The notes beneath the pieces are model-generated. The model had not been told where the DNA came from. It saw only the letters and a list, made by a program, of their open reading frames with translations, and did not search any database. Below are positions 61,601 to 64,000 of a DNA stretch of 64,000 nucleotides, in pieces (position 1 is the stretch's first letter; each line of letters begins with the position of its first letter). This DNA is from Antedon mediterranea (lineage: Eukaryota; Animalia; Echinodermata): assembly GCF_964355755.1 (NCBI RefSeq), contig NC_092671.1, forward strand, positions 34,792,304-34,856,303, given 5' to 3'. A program made the translations under genes and the position numbers.

Positions 61601-62218
61601 TCAAAATCGGTGATTATTACCTTCGACTTCTACTCGAGGAAGATGACAGTAATGAAGAGACTAGCGCCATCAAGAAATCGTACGTTAATTCAATTTTATA
61701 TGATTAAAATATTTAATTTTTCATTTCTAATATCTGTACTATGTTCAGGGAAAAAAGGTAAAAGTTTTTTCTCCCTTTCACAAATCTCAGCAAGAAATTA
61801 TACTAAAATGTACATGATCTACAAGCTTATCAACACAGATTAAATCGTAATATACCGCAAAACCTTGAAAAGAAGCCCATGGGCTTTTTTTAAAGTACTC
61901 ATGAGTGGTCTTCTTTTCGAGATAGGCTTCTTTTTGAGGTTTTGTGACTGTGAAGTGATGCAAACGGAACAGATGCTCCTCAAATTGGCCACTGTTCCAA
62001 TCTGCTTTGAAAAATAATTTGAGGTGAATAAATAATTGTTGAATCTTTTTTTCTACAGGTATGAGTTCTTTAACGACCTTTATCATCGGTTTCTATTAAC
62101 GAGCAAAGTGAACATGAAGTGCATGTGTCTGCACGCCATGGCGATCGTGTACGGCAAATGTTACGATGAGATTGGCGCTTTCAATGATACCAAATACATA
62201 TGTGGAATGTTGGAAAGG
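46576..62218 (+). CDS. DNAJC13: DnaJ homolog subfamily C member 13 (RME-8), N-terminal part; gene continues beyond the right edge
   Basis: 25 phase-consistent exons translate collinearly with recalled human DNAJC13 ([75 protein letters not shown]). Confidence 0.97.
46700..46835 (+). mobile_element. tRNA-derived SINE, same family as 16975-17120
   Basis: Direct similarity over head and tail; another degenerate head at about 55045-55112. Confidence 0.7.
47150..47935. repeat. Minisatellite, 23-bp unit, about 34 copies
   Basis: Unit TGTGTATTCCTCCAACTTTGTTG with single-base variants and no spacers. Confidence 0.97.
48349..48424 (+). CDS. DNAJC13: DNAJC13 exon: [25 protein letters not shown]
   Basis: Homology; canonical sites. 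Confidence 0.94.
48865..49011 (+). CDS. DNAJC13: DNAJC13 exon: WMYEEF...[15 protein letters not shown]
   Basis: FSTEHR motif; canonical sites. Confidence 0.94.
49023..49259. mobile_element. CCGTA-ended MITE
   Basis: TA-CCGTATAT...ATATACGG-TA. Confidence 0.65.
49511..49552 (+). CDS. DNAJC13: DNAJC13 exon: [14 protein letters not shown]
   Basis: 42 nt, phase 0; fills the alignment gap; tttcag acceptor and gttagt donor. Confidence 0.85.
49953..50099 (+). CDS. DNAJC13: DNAJC13 exon: [18 protein letters not shown]...DIEGFTQ
   Basis: CYKHHWS motif. Confidence 0.94.
50189..50340. mobile_element. Harbinger-like MITE copy
   Basis: Same family as 3191-3349, opposite orientation. Confidence 0.8.
50556..50609 (+). 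CDS. DNAJC13: DNAJC13 exon: [18 protein letters not shown]
   Basis: YGGFSRL motif. Confidence 0.93.
50657..50928. mobile_element. Kolobok-like MITE copy
   Basis: Degenerate version of the same TIR and internal sequence. Confidence 0.7.
50973..51115 (+). CDS. DNAJC13: DNAJC13 exon: [13 protein letters not shown]...RFGKYS
   Basis: HLFAS and RFGKYS motifs. Confidence 0.94.
51459..51618 (+). CDS. DNAJC13: DNAJC13 exon: [11 protein letters not shown]...[15 protein letters not shown]...PLCD
   Basis: Near-identical to the recalled human sequence. Confidence 0.95.
52007..52098 (+). CDS. DNAJC13: DNAJC13 exon: [31 protein letters not shown]
   Basis: Homology; canonical sites. Confidence 0.93.
52419..52585 (+). 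CDS. DNAJC13: DNAJC13 exon: [18 protein letters not shown]...[18 protein letters not shown]
   Basis: [11 protein letters not shown] motif. Confidence 0.94.
52980..53059 (+). CDS. DNAJC13: DNAJC13 exon: [26 protein letters not shown]
   Basis: Homology; canonical sites. Confidence 0.94.
53520..53586 (+). CDS. DNAJC13: DNAJC13 exon: [22 protein letters not shown]
   Basis: NKEK motif. Confidence 0.92.
53954..54059 (+). CDS. DNAJC13: DNAJC13 exon: [35 protein letters not shown]
   Basis: [10 protein letters not shown] motif. Confidence 0.94.
54150..54249 (+). CDS. DNAJC13: DNAJC13 exon: [33 protein letters not shown]
   Basis: Homology; canonical sites. Confidence 0.94.
54733..54840 (+). CDS. 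DNAJC13: DNAJC13 exon: [36 protein letters not shown]
   Basis: Near-identical to the recalled human sequence. Confidence 0.95.
55269..55424 (+). CDS. DNAJC13: DNAJC13 exon: [28 protein letters not shown]...KLFQ
   Basis: Near-identical to the recalled human sequence. Confidence 0.95.
55448..55570. mobile_element. Harbinger-like MITE copy (degenerate)
   Basis: Shares the core CACTACCATATTTAGGCACATCAC. Confidence 0.7.
55774..55830 (+). CDS. DNAJC13: DNAJC13 exon: [19 protein letters not shown]
   Basis: [12 protein letters not shown] motif. Confidence 0.94.
56006..56127 (+). CDS. DNAJC13: DNAJC13 exon: [25 protein letters not shown]...RMLTNR (GC donor)
   Basis: EGALPRHLH motif; the AG|gcaagt donor is required to keep the frame. 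Confidence 0.92.
56335..56410 (+). CDS. DNAJC13: DNAJC13 exon: [25 protein letters not shown]
   Basis: QLSRHLV.LW motif. Confidence 0.94.
56548..56688. mobile_element. Harbinger-like MITE copy
   Basis: Same TIR and core. Confidence 0.78.
56767..56884. repeat. Tandem repeat, 21-bp unit, about 5.5 copies
   Basis: Unit GCATATAACAAAATTGCACTT. Confidence 0.88.
57022..57117 (+). CDS. DNAJC13: DNAJC13 exon: [32 protein letters not shown]
   Basis: P.GLL.YL and VRDN motifs. Confidence 0.93.
57420..57563 (-). mobile_element. Fragment of a CCGTA-ended MITE with AAGAAGCCC subrepeats; related copy at about 61854-61945
   Basis: End GGTTTTACGG-TA is the reverse complement of 61852 TA-CCGCAAAACCTTGAAAAGAAGCCC. 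Confidence 0.55.
57632..57736 (+). CDS. DNAJC13: DNAJC13 exon: [35 protein letters not shown]
   Basis: L.HW..R.G motif; 105 nt, phase 0. Confidence 0.88.
57813..57951. mobile_element. Harbinger-like MITE copy
   Basis: Same TIR and core. Confidence 0.78.
58837..58845 (+). CDS. DNAJC13: Candidate 9-nt microexon of DNAJC13 (EKE)
   Basis: ccag|GAAAAGGAA|gtaagt; frame-preserving in a phase-0 intron; upstream TGC and flanking TGCATG motifs. Confidence 0.65.
59215..59697. mobile_element. TIR element (arms of about 62 bp) enclosing a Deu-domain-like SINE
   Basis: TTGATATAAAGTTTGCG...CGCAAACTTTATATCAA; internal CTCGGATAAG...TTAAAGAACCC...GAAAAGAGCAGGGG...CCCCGGTG; degenerate SINE relative at about 4303-4445. 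Confidence 0.7.
60493..60563 (+). CDS. DNAJC13: DNAJC13 exon: [24 protein letters not shown]
   Basis: [14 protein letters not shown] motif. Confidence 0.94.
61009..61054 (+). CDS. DNAJC13: DNAJC13 exon: [15 protein letters not shown]
   Basis: DHA..NLIWNFK motif. Confidence 0.93.
61465..61679 (+). CDS. DNAJC13: DNAJC13 exon: [12 protein letters not shown]...[33 protein letters not shown]...IKKS
   Basis: IWN-repeat-like ISWNH motif; strong homology. Confidence 0.95.
62059..62218 (+). CDS. DNAJC13: DNAJC13 exon: [14 protein letters not shown]...YICGMLER
   Basis: [11 protein letters not shown] motif. Confidence 0.95.
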
Positions 62219-62537
62219 GTATGACAACAACAGATGTTTGTTTAATTATTTTTTAACTGGGTGGCCTCTTTGCCATTCGTACATAAGTTGGGGACGCTGT
62301 ATGTGAAAGAAAGTCGAACTACTTCGTAAATAAAGCTAAGCCTAACCCTCTAAATAATCTCTATCTCACTATAAGGTAAAAATAAGTTGCTCATGGGATT
62401 CGAATCCCATACATCAAGTTCATAGTCTAATCCACTTGACTACACAGACGGCTCGACAGAACACGTTTCCATTAGTCATGTTTTTTTTCTACTAATTCAT
62501 GAGGGGTCCCCAACTTATGTACAAAAAGAAATATCAC

Positions 62538-62864
62538 AGGCTCTTTAGTGCAAAGACTCCACATAAGGCCCTGTAAATTGTCATTTAGGCTCTTTAGTGC
62601 AAAGACTCCACATAAGGCCCTGTTAATTGTCATTTAGGCTCTTTAGTGCAAAGACTCCACATAAGGCCCTGTTAATTGTCATTTAGGCTCTTTAGTGCAA
62701 AGACTCCACATAAGGCCCTGTTAATTGTCATTTAGGCTCTTTAGTGCAAAGACTCCACATAAGGCCCTGTTAATTGTCATTTAGGCTCTTTAGTGCAAAG
62801 ACTCCACATAAGGCCCTGTTAATTGTCATTTAGGCTCTTTAGTGCAAAGACTCCACATAAGGCC
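62538..62864. repeat. Minisatellite, 49-bp unit, about 6.7 near-identical copies, ending at the LINE junction
   Basis: Unit AGGCTCTTTAGTGCAAAGACTCCACATAAGGCCCTGTTAATTGTCATTT. Confidence 0.96.
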
Positions 62865-64000
62865 GCAGATGGACGCATACATGTACTAACTAAGAATAAT
62901 AAGAAGATTATCGTAACAAAATTTTCCGATCTCAACAAACTGCATTCCACCTAATTTACCGTGTGGTAGTACATTAAATGTGAAATTTTGAGATTTCTTG
63001 TTTTTGCCCTGAAACCAGAATTTTAACTATTGTATACATTATAGACTGCATTAACTGTTTGGTGTGTGTGCTTTATTGTGATTCTTTTTATTGTAAATTG
63101 TGTTTTTTTTTTATTATTGTATTGCTAACCTGCCGGTTTTTAGTCATTTATTTGAACGCCATTTTGCTTAACAGCTTTGGTGAATTGATTATATTTTGTT
63201 CTTTTTCCAATACTACTTTATGAGCACGACTCAATATGAAAATAAATCGAGTCCTACACATTCCATAGATTGCTTTGAAAGTGACGAGGCTGGTTTATGC
63301 AAATATTTCACTCCAACACAACTTAATGAGCTACAGGCGCAAATTGATAACAATGGTATCTTTACAACGTTACACATGAATGCACGTAGTCTTCCAAAAC
63401 ACTTCGACGAAATTAGCATTATGTTAGATACCATAGGTCGTGCGTTTGATGTACTTGGTTTCTCGGAAACCTGGATAAATAAGAACACGCCAATTGACTT
63501 ATTAAATATCAATGGATACAATATGTACACTTGTAATAGAGAAGGTAGAGTCGGTGGTGGAGTTTGTCTATATTTAAAAGAACAAATCAACACCGTAACA
63601 CGTGATGATTTTGTATTTAATGATAACTCCATTGATTCACTTTTTCTAGAAATAATAAACACAAACGGCAAAAATACTATTGTAGGTATGTTGTATCGAC
63701 CACCAAATTCAAACGTCAACTCATTTAACTCTGATCTGGAAGAAATCTTACATAAACTTAATCGCGAAAACAAAAACTGCTATATCTTAGGAGATTTTAA
63801 TCAAGACTTATTAAAATATGACATTCAAAAAACAACACAGGAATTCACAAACATTATTTACTCAACATCTTTTAATCCATTAATCAACTTACCCACCAGA
63901 ATAACATCGTCTTCTGCTACTATTTTAGATAATATTATTACAAATGATGATAACATTTCGCATTGTGGAGTAATAGTCACTGACATTACCGATCATCTAC
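62863..64000 (+). mobile_element. Second CR1/L2-group LINE, 5'-truncated within ORF1 and running off the window; lies in a DNAJC13 intron
   Basis: ORF1-like C-terminus ADGRIHVLTKNNKKIIVTKFSDLNKLHST* (62865-62953), an AT-rich spacer, then ORF2. Confidence 0.85.
63220..64000 (+). CDS. LINE ORF2p N-terminal APE endonuclease domain (partial, open to the window end)
   Basis: HMNARSL, FSETW, GGGVCLY, YRPPNS, GDFN, PTRIT, DNI, TDH motifs with no stop. Confidence 0.93.
   Translation, partial: MSTTQYENKSSPTHSIDCFESDEAGLCKYFTPTQLNELQAQIDNNGIFTTLHMNARSLPKHFDEISIMLDTIGRAFDVLGFSETWINKNTPIDLLNINGYNMYTCNREGRVGGGVCLYLKEQINTVTRDDFVFNDNSIDSLFLEIINTNGKNTIVGMLYRPPNSNVNSFNSDLEEILHKLNRENKNCYILGDFNQDLLKYDIQKTTQEFTNIIYSTSFNPLINLPTRITSSSATILDNIITNDDNISHCGVIVTDITDHL

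Noticed and set aside
62538-62864. CRISPR-like array of 49-bp units
   Set aside because: The units are contiguous and essentially identical, with no spacers.
63231-63773. 180-aa minus-strand ORF
   Set aside because: Antisense shadow of the plus-strand LINE endonuclease ORF. The same applies to 30781-31089, 31096-31344, 32042-32230 and 33716-33901.

Overview
AT-rich, intron-rich animal genomic DNA, probably a marine invertebrate. A Deu-domain-like SINE hints at a deuterostome such as an echinoderm; this is inference only. Two multi-exon genes lie head-to-head. A Milton/TRAK kinesin-mitochondria adaptor is on the minus strand (probable non-coding first exon near 44500, coding exons 27269 down to 87, continuing off the left edge). 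DNAJC13/RME-8 is on the plus strand (first exon near 45540-45608, coding exons 46576-62218, continuing off the right edge). I rebuilt both exon chains by hand with consistent splice phases. Introns carry an intact two-ORF APE-RT LINE, a second truncated LINE, a non-autonomous Helitron, nested Helentron-type (HINE) elements, a 3-kb long-TIR element, several MITE and SINE families and minisatellites. There is no prokaryotic system and no CRISPR array. The most notable observations are a candidate 9-nt neural-type microexon in DNAJC13, two alternative N-terminal exons plus a tandem array of duplicated splice-donor units in TRAK, and three classes of apparent transposon excision footprints (TACAGTA/TACTGTA, TA-GGCC-TA-type, and P-element-like hairpins with 7-bp duplications), several supported by filled-versus-empty comparisons between repeat copies in the window. 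Homology calls come from recall of human/fly protein sequences, not from a database search.
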